The position numbers were made by a program, and so were the translations under genes. A stretch of 64,000 bases of DNA from Dehalococcoidia bacterium (GTDB lineage: Bacteria; Chloroflexota; Dehalococcoidia; UBA2979), in NCBI GenBank assembly GCA_965200555.1, contig OZ241365.1, positions 2,085,458 to 2,149,457 on the forward strand, given 5' to 3'. Positions 18,365 to 26,349 of the stretch are shown here, piece after piece (positions within the stretch are counted from its first letter, which is position 1; every line of letters starts with the position of its first letter). The notes under the pieces are model-generated. The model was not told where the DNA came from, made no database searches, and saw nothing but the letters and a program-made list of their open reading frames with translations.

Positions 18365-19084
18365 ATGCCCCCGCCCGCCGCCTCCGGCCCCCGCCCCCGC
18401 ATCCTCGTCACGCGCGCCGAGGAGGTCGCCGGCGAGCGCTGGGAGGACTACGCCGACCGCCTCGCCGAGGCCGGCGCCGAGGCCGTCGCCCTCGACCAGG
18501 CCGACTGGGAGCGCGACCCCTCGCCGCCCCCCTGCGACGGGCTGCTCGTCACCGCCGGCATCGACGTCGACCCCGCACGCTACGGCGAGGAGCGCCACCC
18601 GCGCGTGACCGAGACCTCGCCCGCCCGCGACGACTTCGAGACCGCGCTGCTCGCCGACGCCCTCGCCCGCGACCTGCCCGTGCTCGCCGTCTGCCGCGGC
18701 CACCAGCTGTTCAACGTCGCCGCCGGCGGCTCGCTCCACCAGCACCTCGAGGAGCGCGAGCCGCACCGCGCCCGCCGCGGCGAGGACGGCGCCGTCGACT
18801 CCGGCTGGCACGACGTCGAGGTCGTCGCCGGCAGCCTGCTCGCCTCGGTCTTCGGCGAGGGGCCGCTGCGCGTCAACTCGCGCCACCACCAGGCCGTCAC
18901 GACCGGGCGCGTCGCGCCCGGCCTCGCCGTCGCCGCGACCGCGCCCGACGGCGTCGTCGAGGCCCTCGAACGCCGCGACCGGCGCTGGGCGCTGTCGGTG
19001 CAGTGGCACCCCGAACGCGCCGAGGCCGCCGCCGCCCAGCGCCCCCTCTTCGCCGCCTTCGTCGCCGCCTGCCGCCCCGCCTGA
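18365..19084 (+). CDS. Class I glutamine amidotransferase / gamma-glutamyl-GABA hydrolase-like (peptidase C26)
   Basis: Track ORF of 239 aa with the catalytic-triad context LAVCRGHQL, plus NSRHHQAV and VQWHPE. Confidence 0.8.
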   Translation: MPPPAASGPRPRILVTRAEEVAGERWEDYADRLAEAGAEAVALDQADWERDPSPPPCDGLLVTAGIDVDPARYGEERHPRVTETSPARDDFETALLADALARDLPVLAVCRGHQLFNVAAGGSLHQHLEEREPHRARRGEDGAVDSGWHDVEVVAGSLLASVFGEGPLRVNSRHHQAVTTGRVAPGLAVAATAPDGVVEALERRDRRWALSVQWHPERAEAAAAQRPLFAAFVAACRPA

Positions 19085-19129
19085 CGCCCGCCCCGGCGCA
19101 CCGGGGCGCGCCCCGTCGCGCCCCGTCGT

Positions 19130-21487
19130 ATGCTGCGCGCCATGCCGCTGTCCGAGGCCGACACCCGCGCCAAGCTGATCGACCCCGCCATCCGCGCCAG
19201 CGGCTGGCCCGAGGCGCTGATCGCGCGCGAGGAGACGGCGGGCGAGGTCGCGCTCTGGGGCGAGGGCGCGCACCGCACGCGCGGGCGCATCGACTACGTG
19301 CTGCGCGCGCCCGCCGCCGCCGGCCCGCCGCTGCCCGTCGCGCTGATCGAGGCCAAGCCGGAGAGCCAGCCGCCCCTCGCCGGCCTCGAACAGGCGAAGC
19401 GGTACGGGCGGCTGCACCACGTCCCGTTCGTCTACGCCGCGAACGGCCACGCCTTCGCCGAGCACTGCCTCGACAGCGGCGAGACGCGCGGCCCGCTGCC
19501 GATGGAGGAGTTCCCCGCGCCCGAGGAGCTGCTCGCGCGCTACGAGGCGCTGCGCGGCCTCGACCTCGGCGCGCCCGATGCCGCGCCGCTGCTCGAACCG
19601 CCGGACGAGCGGGCCGACCGCTACTACCAGCGCGCCGCCGTGCGCGCGGTGCTGGAGCGCCTCGCGCGGGGCGAGCGGCGCGCGCTGCTCTCGCTCGCCA
19701 CCGGCAGCGGCAAGACGCGCATCGCCGTCCGCCTGCTGCGCGCCCTCGCCGACAGCGGCCAGCTGCGCCGCGCCCTCTTCGTCTGCGACCGCGACGAGCT
19801 GCGCTCGCAGGCGCTCACCGCCCTCCACGGGGCCTTCGGCGACGACGCGGCCGCCGCCACCGCGCGCGACCCGGCGCGCAACGCCCGCGTCGTCGTCGCC
19901 ACCTACCAGACCCTCGGCGTCGGCGAGGACGGCGAGGGCGGCGGCGACGGCTCGTACCTCGAACGCCACTACCCGCCGGACTGGTTCAGCCACGTCGTGA
20001 TCGACGAGTGCCACCGCTCGGCGTGGGGCAGGTGGAGCGCCGTGCTCACCCGCAACGCCGGGGCCGTCCACGTCGGCCTCACCGCCACCCCGCGCCGCAT
20101 CACCCCCCGCCCCGGCGCCGGCGACAGCGACGGCGACGACGCGATCACCCGCAACAACTACGAGTACTTCGGCGAACCCGCCTACGACTACGGCATCGCG
20201 CAGGGCATGGACGACGGCTACCTCGCCGCCATGCGCCTCGAACGCTCCGACGTGCTCACCGCCGGCCTGCCCGAACGCGAGCACGGCGTCGAGAGCGAGC
20301 GGCTCGAGGGCGGCGACGTCCGCGACGCGCTCACCGGCCGGCCCGCCACCGTCGCCGAGATGCGCGGGCGCTACGCCGCCGGATCGCTCGAACAGGACCT
20401 CATGATCGCCGAGCGCACCGAGGCGCTGTGCGACGACCTCTTCGCCCGCCTCGCCGCGAGCGAGGACGGCCCCGAGCAGAAGACGCTCGTCTTCTGCGCC
20501 TCCGACGACCACGCCGACCGCGTCGCCGCCGCCCTCAACAACCGCTACGCCGCGTGGGCGCGCGGGCGCGGCGCGCGGCAGCCCGCCGAGCCCTACGCCT
20601 TCAAGTGCACCGCCGCCGCCGGCAGCGACCTGCTGGCCACGCTCAAGGCCAACCAGCGCCGCGCCTTCGTCGCCTGCACCGTCGACCTGATCAGCACCGG
20701 CGTCGACGTGCCCTGCCTCCGCCATGTCGTCTTCTTCCGCTACCTCAAGTCGCCCATCGCCTTCCACCAGATGCTCGGCCGCGGCACGCGCATCCACGAG
20801 CCGACCGGCAAGCTCGCCTTCACCGTCCACGACTACACCAACGCCACCCGCCTGCTCGACGCGCCCCTCGCCCAGCGCGCCGAGGCCGGACGCGAGCCGC
20901 CCGAGGAGCCCGGCGAGAAGCGCGAGCTGCGCCGCTTCGAGGTGAGCGGCATCGCGGTGCGCGTGCTGCACGGCGGGACCGACCTCGCCGTGCAGGAGGG
21001 CGGACGCCTGCGCTTCGTCTCCCTCGCCGGGTACCGCGAGCGCCTCGCCGAGCGCCTGCTCGCCGAGGTCCCGGCGCTCGGCGGCTTCCGCGAACGCTGG
21101 ATCGACCCGCCCGCCCGCGAGGCGCTGCTCGCCGCGCTGCCCGACGAGGGCCGCAGCGCCGAGGCCTACCGCGCCGCCGCCGGCCTCGAGGAGTGCGACC
21201 TCTACGACGTGCTGGCTTCCGCCGGCTGGAACGAGACGCCGCGTCCGCGCGTCGATCGCGCCGGCCGCGTCGGCGAGGCCGACCCCGCGCCGCCCGCGAT
21301 CGAGCGCGCCCTCGCCCGCCAGTTCGCCCTCGGCGGCACCGAGGCGCTGGAGAGCGAGCGGCTGGCGCAGGTCGCCGCCGTGAGCGAGGCGGGCGGCCTC
21401 GCCGCCCTCGCCGCGGCGGGCGAGGGCGCGATGCCCGCCCTCAAGCGCCGCCTCCTCGCCACCGACGCCGAGTGGACGCCGCGATGA
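19130..21487 (+). CDS. hsdR: Type I restriction enzyme, R subunit
   Basis: Track ORF of 785 aa. The N-terminus is HsdR_N-like (SEADTRAKLIDPAIRASGW...IDYVL...ALIEAKP). Helicase motifs are SLATGSGKT, VIDECHRS and GLTATPRR. It is followed directly by hsdS and hsdM. Confidence 0.88.
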   Translation: MLRAMPLSEADTRAKLIDPAIRASGWPEALIAREETAGEVALWGEGAHRTRGRIDYVLRAPAAAGPPLPVALIEAKPESQPPLAGLEQAKRYGRLHHVPFVYAANGHAFAEHCLDSGETRGPLPMEEFPAPEELLARYEALRGLDLGAPDAAPLLEPPDERADRYYQRAAVRAVLERLARGERRALLSLATGSGKTRIAVRLLRALADSGQLRRALFVCDRDELRSQALTALHGAFGDDAAAATARDPARNARVVVATYQTLGVGEDGEGGGDGSYLERHYPPDWFSHVVIDECHRSAWGRWSAVLTRNAGAVHVGLTATPRRITPRPGAGDSDGDDAITRNNYEYFGEPAYDYGIAQGMDDGYLAAMRLERSDVLTAGLPEREHGVESERLEGGDVRDALTGRPATVAEMRGRYAAGSLEQDLMIAERTEALCDDLFARLAASEDGPEQKTLVFCASDDHADRVAAALNNRYAAWARGRGARQPAEPYAFKCTAAAGSDLLATLKANQRRAFVACTVDLISTGVDVPCLRHVVFFRYLKSPIAFHQMLGRGTRIHEPTGKLAFTVHDYTNATRLLDAPLAQRAEAGREPPEEPGEKRELRRFEVSGIAVRVLHGGTDLAVQEGGRLRFVSLAGYRERLAERLLAEVPALGGFRERWIDPPAREALLAALPDEGRSAEAYRAAAGLEECDLYDVLASAGWNETPRPRVDRAGRVGEADPAPPAIERALARQFALGGTEALESERLAQVAAVSEAGGLAALAAAGEGAMPALKRRLLATDAEWTPR

Positions 21488-22092
21488 CCTCGCCGCGCCC
21501 GCTCCCCGGCGGCTGGCGCTGGGCCGCGCTGGGCGAGGTCGCCGACGTGATCATGGGACAGTCGCCCCCCAGTTCGACTTACCGTGATCGGCCTGTCGGC
21601 CTGCCGTTCTTTCAGGGCAAGGCCGACTTCGGAGACCTGTATCCGACAGCTCGGGCGTGGTGCGTTGAGCCACGGAAGATCGCCCAACCCGGTGACATCC
21701 TGATCTCGGTTCGCGCTCCCGTAGGCCCCACGAACGTCGCGGATGTGGAGTGCTGCATCGGGCGGGGACTTGCGGCTATCCGGGGCGGTCACGAGGCCGA
21801 TCAAGAATTCCTGCTTGCCGCAATCAGGGCGGCAGAGCAGGAGATCGCCGAGGCAGGTTCGGGCAGTACGTTCGCATCGATCAGCGGGAAACGGCTGCGG
21901 GCGTTCGCTATCCCGCTCCCGCCCATCGAGGAGCAGCGCCGCATCGTCGCCGACCTCGAAGCGCGGATGGAGGCGGCCGGGCGCGCCCGCAGCGCGGCCG
22001 AGGCGCAACTCGCCGCCGTGCTTGCGCTGCCCGCCGTACTGCTCAGGGATGCTTTCACGAGTCGCGCGGATCGCCAGAGGCGCGCTCTTTGA
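21484..22092 (+). CDS. hsdS: Type I R-M specificity subunit, N-terminal half (TRD1 plus conserved helix)
   Basis: The ATG at 21484 overlaps the hsdR stop (ATGA). The protein reads GGWRWAALGEVADVIMGQSPP...PLPPIEEQRRIVADLEARMEAAGRARSAAEAQLAA..LLRDAF. It ends at a TGA inside a palindrome. GC is lower than the surroundings. Confidence 0.8.
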   Translation: MTSPRPLPGGWRWAALGEVADVIMGQSPPSSTYRDRPVGLPFFQGKADFGDLYPTARAWCVEPRKIAQPGDILISVRAPVGPTNVADVECCIGRGLAAIRGGHEADQEFLLAAIRAAEQEIAEAGSGSTFASISGKRLRAFAIPLPPIEEQRRIVADLEARMEAAGRARSAAEAQLAAVLALPAVLLRDAFTSRADRQRRAL

Positions 22093-22118
22093 GCGCGCCT
22101 CTGGCGATCCGCGCGACT
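22060..22118. repeat. Perfect 28-bp-arm palindrome with a TTT loop, interrupting hsdS
   Basis: The left arm agtcgcgcggatcgccagaggcgcgctc (22060-22087) is the exact reverse complement of the right arm (22091-22118). The in-frame stop TGA (22090-22092) spans the loop and right arm. Confidence 0.95.
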
Positions 22119-22134
22119 GGGAGATGTCTGTGTA

Positions 22135-22680
22135 GTGGATCGGCGAGCGATCACTGCCGAGCATCCCCGATACGCAGAGATGCCGTATCTCGGTCTGGAG
22201 CACATTGAATCGGGGACTGGCCGCATTCTGATCAGCGAAGATGAGGCCCGCTACTCGGAATCGATCAGCAACAACTTCCGCTTCACGAGTCGGCATGTGC
22301 TGTACGGCAAGCTAAGACCCTACCTGAACAAGGTCGCGCTGCCGGAGTTCGAAGGCCGCTGCACCACAGAGATCATTCCGCTCCTATCGATCGAAGCCGA
22401 ACGCGAGTGGGTCGCATGGTTCTTGCGCCGCGAGGAAACGGTTGAGTACGCGATGAGGGGCAGGACAGGGTCGCGAATGCCCCGCGCGGACATGTCCGAC
22501 TTGATGCGTCTCCTCATCCCGCTCCCCCCGATCGACGAGCAGCGGCGCATCGTGGCGGACCTCGAAGCGGGGATGGCGGACGCCGAGCGGGCGCGGCGGG
22601 CGGCGGAGGCGCAGCTCGCGGCGGCGGAGGCGCTGCCGTCCGCTATCCTGCGGGGCGCGTTCGCGGGGGAGGCCGCATGA
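22135..22680 (+). CDS. hsdS: Type I R-M specificity subunit, C-terminal half (TRD2 plus conserved helix)
   Basis: Track ORF of 181 aa in the same reading frame as the N-terminal half. It ends PLPPIDEQRRIVADLEAGMADAERARRAAEAQLAAAEALPSAILRGAF. The stop overlaps the hsdM ATG (ATGA). Confidence 0.8.
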   Translation: MDRRAITAEHPRYAEMPYLGLEHIESGTGRILISEDEARYSESISNNFRFTSRHVLYGKLRPYLNKVALPEFEGRCTTEIIPLLSIEAEREWVAWFLRREETVEYAMRGRTGSRMPRADMSDLMRLLIPLPPIDEQRRIVADLEAGMADAERARRAAEAQLAAAEALPSAILRGAFAGEAA

Positions 22681-24191
22681 CCGCCATCGACACGCAGTCG
22701 GCGCTCGACGCGAGGATCAAGACGGTCTGCGACGTGCTGCGGCGCTCCAACTGCGCGGGCGCGCTGCAGTACGTGCCCGAGCTGACGTGGCTGCTGTTCC
22801 TGCGCTTCCTCGACGAGCGCGAGTCGGCGGAGGCCGCGGACCGCTCCGTCCTCGGCACGGCGTTCCGCGAGTCGATCGCCGCGCCCTACCGCTGGCGCGA
22901 CTGGGCGTCGCCGGACGGCGCGAAGCGGCGCGCGCTGCAGGACGGGCCGCCGGGCGGCGTGTTCGCCTTCCTCCGCGACGACCTGCTGCCCCGCCTCCAC
23001 GCGCTCGGCGACGGGGCGGGCGCGACGGCGCGGCAGCGGCTGATCGGCCAGATCGTGTCGGGCGTCGAGCAGACGCGCGTGGACACCGAGCGCAACTTCC
23101 TCGACGTGATCGACCTCGTGGACGGCATCCGCCTCGAGGCGGTGGACGACCGCCACATGTTCGCGCTGTCGCAGGCCTACGAGGGGCTGCTGCTGTCGAT
23201 GGGTGAGAAGAACAACGACGGCGGCCAGTTCTTCACGCCCCGCGAGGTGGTGCGGGCGATGGTGCGGGTCGTCGATCCGCAGCCGGGGGAGACGGTGTTC
23301 GACCCCTGCTGCGGCACCGGCGGCTTCCTCGCGCAGGCCTACGAGTACATGCGCGAGCGGCTGGGCCGCGAGCCGTCGGCGACCGACCTCGCGAAGCTGT
23401 CCGAGGACACCTTCTACGGGCGCGAGAAGGACACCATCGTCTACCCGATCGCGCTCGCCAACCTGCTGCTGCACGGCATCGACCGCCCGCGCGTCTGGCA
23501 CGGCAACACCCTCACGCGGCGCGCGGACTACGGCGCGCTGTTCGACGGCGCGCCGAACCTCTTCGACGTGATCCTCACCAACCCGCCGTTCGGCGGAAAG
23601 GAGGGCGACGACGCCCGCACCCGCTTCGAGTACCGCACCTCCTCGACGCAGGTGCTGTTCCTGCAGGAGGCGATCGACTCGCTGACCGCGGGCGGGCGCG
23701 CCGGCTTCGTGGTGGACGAGGGCCTGCTCTTCCGCACGAGCGAGCGCGCGTTCGTCCAGACCAAGCGCAAGCTGCTGGACGAGTGCGACCTCTGGTGCGT
23801 GGTGAGCCTCGCCCCCGGCGTGTTCACCTCGGCCGGTTCGGGCGTGAAGAGCAACCTGCTGTTCTTCGAGAAGGGCCGCCCGACGGAGCGCGTCTGGTAC
23901 TACGAACTGCTGCCGCAGGGGCGCGAACGCTTCACCAAGACCGCGCCGCTGACCCTCGACCACTTCGCGGAGTTCTTCGAGCTGCTGCCGGAGCGGGCGG
24001 ACTCGGAGCGGTCGTGGAGCGTGGGGCGGGCGGAGATCGAGGAGCGCGGCTACGACCTCAAGGCGGTGAACCCGCACCGCGCCGCCGAGGCCGACGCGCG
24101 CACGCCGGAGCAGCTGCTCGCGGAGATCGAGGAGCACGGGATCGCGCTCGGCGACGCCCTCGCCGGGCTGCGGGGAGCCCTCGGCGGGTAG
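22677..24191 (+). CDS. hsdM: Type I R-M DNA methyltransferase subunit (N6-adenine)
   Basis: Track ORF of 504 aa. It has an HsdM N-domain (LTWLLFLRFLDE), the AdoMet motif VFDPCCGTGGFL and the catalytic motif ILTNPPFGGKEG. Confidence 0.9.
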   Translation: MTAIDTQSALDARIKTVCDVLRRSNCAGALQYVPELTWLLFLRFLDERESAEAADRSVLGTAFRESIAAPYRWRDWASPDGAKRRALQDGPPGGVFAFLRDDLLPRLHALGDGAGATARQRLIGQIVSGVEQTRVDTERNFLDVIDLVDGIRLEAVDDRHMFALSQAYEGLLLSMGEKNNDGGQFFTPREVVRAMVRVVDPQPGETVFDPCCGTGGFLAQAYEYMRERLGREPSATDLAKLSEDTFYGREKDTIVYPIALANLLLHGIDRPRVWHGNTLTRRADYGALFDGAPNLFDVILTNPPFGGKEGDDARTRFEYRTSSTQVLFLQEAIDSLTAGGRAGFVVDEGLLFRTSERAFVQTKRKLLDECDLWCVVSLAPGVFTSAGSGVKSNLLFFEKGRPTERVWYYELLPQGRERFTKTAPLTLDHFAEFFELLPERADSERSWSVGRAEIEERGYDLKAVNPHRAAEADARTPEQLLAEIEEHGIALGDALAGLRGALGG

Positions 24192-24620
24192 CGCGTCCCT
24201 CGCGCGCCTCGGGGCGCGGTCGGCGGCGTCGACGCGCCCGGCCCCGCGCGGCGCTACGGCGATCTCCCGCCGGGCCAGCGCTGGGCCGTCGGCGTCCTGC
24301 GCTCGCCCGACCGGCCCGAGGGCGCGCGCTACGCCGATGCCGATCGCGCGCTCGCCGTGCCCCGCAACCCGGCCGTGCTCAGGGAGCTCTCGGCCCTGCG
24401 GCGCGACTGCGAGAGCGGCGCGATCGGCCTCGCGGCGTGCGCCGGCGGCATCGCCGGCGTCGTCGAGCGGTTCGGACTGCGCCCGGTCGAGGAGTCGCCC
24501 CCGCGGGATCGCGTCGAGCCGGACGACCTCGGCGTGCTCTGCTGGCAGGCCGTGCTGCCCCCGGAGTCCGGCGAGGACGCTTTGGGATGACCGCCCCGAG
24601 GCGCGCGCGCGGCGAGGGCG

Positions 24621-25052
24621 TCAGCCGGTGTTGACGATGACGGCGATGACGGCGGCGGCCGCGCCGAGGATCAGGGCCGCCTGCCCCAGCCCCAGCGCCA
24701 GCAGCCGGTTCGCGAGCTTCGCGTCCAGCTCCTTGCGGACGCCCTCGATGTCCTTCGCGACGTTCTTTTCGACGTCCTCGACATCCTTCTTGACGCTCTC
24801 GACGTCCTTCTTGACGTTCTCGACGTCCTTCTCCACGCGCTCGATGGCGTGGAGCACTTCCTGGAACTTGAGGTCGTTGGCGGTGCTCTGGCGCGCCGCC
24901 TCGGCGATGGAGGCGGCGGCGGCGGCGCGGAAGGAGGCGTAGACCACGGCCTCGGCCTGCGCTTCGTCCATGCCCGTCGCCGTCAGCGCCCGGATCTCGC
25001 GATGGGTGTCGGGGAACGGGAAGCCGAGGTCGAGGCTGTCCGCCTGCGTCAT
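24621..25052 (-). CDS. Tail-anchored coiled-coil protein, paralog A (DUF1640-like architecture)
   Basis: 143 aa from the ATG at 25052, inside track ORF 24621..25661. It has an N-terminal helical module (DTHREIRALTATGMDEAQAEAVVYA), heptads KDVENVK KDVESVK KDVEDVE, and a C-terminal TM (LLALGLGQAALILGAAAAVIAVIV). Confidence 0.75.
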   Translation of the reverse strand: MTQADSLDLGFPFPDTHREIRALTATGMDEAQAEAVVYASFRAAAAASIAEAARQSTANDLKFQEVLHAIERVEKDVENVKKDVESVKKDVEDVEKNVAKDIEGVRKELDAKLANRLLALGLGQAALILGAAAAVIAVIVNTG

Positions 25053-25090
25053 GTCGCGTCGCCTCCGTCCGCGCCCGCTCCCCTCGGGGG

Positions 25091-25133
25091 AGCGCAGGGG
25101 CGGGGACACTAGGCCAACCCCCGCTCCTGCGCT
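25091..25133 (-). promoter_or_regulatory. 5'-terminal stem-loop of the paralog A transcript
   Basis: A 15-bp stem (one G-U pair) with a 12-nt loop, starting 2-3 nt after the predicted start site. An analogous element lies upstream of paralog B. Confidence 0.4.
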
Positions 25134-25141
25134 TGACGGCG

Positions 25142-25171
25142 AACATACGCGCCGACGCGCGGCCCCGTCAA
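25142..25171 (-). promoter_or_regulatory. Putative sigma-70-type promoter of paralog A
   Basis: The minus strand reads TTGACG-18 nt-TATGTT. The same architecture recurs upstream of paralog B and other accessory genes. Confidence 0.45.
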
Positions 25172-25207
25172 GCCGCGCCCGCGCCCCGAGGCGCGCGCGC
25201 CGGGGCG

Positions 25208-25576
25208 TCAGCCGGTGTTGACGATGACGGCGATGATGGCGGCGGCCGCGCCGAGGATCAGGGCGGCCTGCCCCAGCCCCAGCGCCAGCAGCCGGTTCGC
25301 GAGCTTCGCGTCCAGCTCCTTGCGGACGCCCTCGATGTCCTTCGCGACATCCTTCTCCAGGCGCTCGATGGCGCTCAGCACCTGCTGGAACTTGAGGTCC
25401 ACCTCCCGGAACCTGGTGTCCATGGTGGCGCTCAGGCGCGTTTCGGCGGCGTTGGCGGCGCGGATCGAGGCGTAGACGATGGCCTCGGCCTGCGTCTCGT
25501 CCATGCCAGTCGCCGTCAGCGCCCGGATCTCGCGATGGGTGTCGGGGAAGCCGAGGTCGAGGCTGTCCTGCGTCAC
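25208..25576 (-). CDS. Tail-anchored coiled-coil protein, paralog B
   Basis: Track ORF of 122 aa with a GTG start. Its 3' ~140 nt plus ~25 nt of downstream flank are near-identical to paralog A. It has the same N-terminal module and TM anchor but a shorter coil. Confidence 0.75.
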   Translation of the reverse strand: MTQDSLDLGFPDTHREIRALTATGMDETQAEAIVYASIRAANAAETRLSATMDTRFREVDLKFQQVLSAIERLEKDVAKDIEGVRKELDAKLANRLLALGLGQAALILGAAAAIIAVIVNTG

Positions 25577-25632
25577 TGCCGCCCCCTCGCGCCGACGCGC
25601 CCGTGCGCCGGAACTCTGCTATATACGAGGAG

Positions 25633-25686
25633 CGCAGGAGCAGGGGGACCCCTAACCGCACTTAGGCCACTACCCCTGCTCCTGCG
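25633..25686 (-). promoter_or_regulatory. 5'-terminal stem-loop of the paralog B transcript
   Basis: A perfect 14-bp stem (cgcaggagcagggg / cccctgctcctgcg) with a 26-nt loop, starting about 3 nt after the predicted start site. Confidence 0.4.
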
Positions 25687-25695
25687 TACACGGCA

Positions 25696-25725
25696 AGCAT
25701 ACGCACGCCCCCAGCCCCCCGTCAA
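25696..25725 (-). promoter_or_regulatory. Putative promoter of paralog B
   Basis: The minus strand reads TTGACG-18 nt-TATGCT. Confidence 0.45.
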
Positions 25726-25756
25726 CGCGCCGAGGAATCCAACACGCGCCGAGGCG

Positions 25757-25945
25757 TCAGCAGCAGCCAGCGAGGACGGCGAGGGCGTCGAGGAAGTCGG
25801 CGGCGGCGTTGAGGACCTCGGCGGTGGCTTTGAGGAAGTCGGTGGCTGCCCGGAGGACGGCCAAGCTCAACAGCCGCCCAGCGGGACCCCGTAAGCGCCG
25901 CGTTAAACGCGCCCCGGCCTGCTTGAACCTGTTCGCCTGCGTCAT
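25757..25945 (-). CDS. Small hypothetical protein (62 aa), possibly a degenerate member of the coiled-coil family
   Basis: The ATG at 25945 lies inside track ORF 25757..26332. The start region cgcctgcgtcatgtc matches that of paralog A (MTQA...). The rest is helical (ATDFLKATAEVLNAAADFLDALAVLAGCC) with no clear TM. Confidence 0.35.
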   Translation of the reverse strand: MTQANRFKQAGARLTRRLRGPAGRLLSLAVLRAATDFLKATAEVLNAAADFLDALAVLAGCC

Positions 25946-26044
25946 GTCAGCATCGACTCCCGTCCGCGCGGCTCTGTCTCGCGCTGCCCATGGTACACCG
26001 CGTGGCGCCCGTCCGCCAGAAGCCACCCGCCGAGGGCGCACGCA

Positions 26045-26056
26045 CCCCCCCCCCCC
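26045..26056. repeat. C12 homopolymer (G12 on the minus strand) in a divergent intergenic region
   Basis: Counted directly: cgca-cccccccccccc-gctagaccgatagcggcgggggg. The tract can pair with the downstream G-run. Confidence 0.95.
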
Positions 26057-26349
26057 GCTAGACCGATAGCGGCGGGGGGTGTAGAAAGGGCGCGAGGCGG
26101 CTGCGCCGTTAACCCCGCGACGGCGGGCGGCGTTGTCCCCTCTGCGCCGGCTCTCGCCGGCGCGAGCGAACGAAAGGACCGGCTCACCGGCCAGCGGCGT
26201 CGAGCGGCGTTTGCGGCGTCCAGCTCGAGCGGCGGCGCCAGCGCACGCGGTACCGCCGGCCGGCCCAGCCCCACGCGAGGAGGGCCATCGGCTAGCCTTA
26301 CGGCATACGATCACGCGCAACGAAGTTCCCATGAAAGGGGAACGCTATC

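Noticed and set aside
18293-20971. 892-aa minus-strand ORF, and the plus-strand ORF 19003..22092 (1029 aa), overlapping hsdR.
   Set aside because: hsdR (19130..21487) carries clear helicase and HsdR_N motifs. The competing ORFs are low-complexity. Only the last 609 nt of ORF 19003..22092 (from ATG 21484) are real, as the hsdS N-half.
18238-24191. Whether tRNA-Pro marks an integrase-borne genomic island carrying the R-M system.
   Set aside because: I saw no integrase or recombinase gene, and no direct repeat of the tRNA 3' end downstream. The idea cannot be supported from this window alone.
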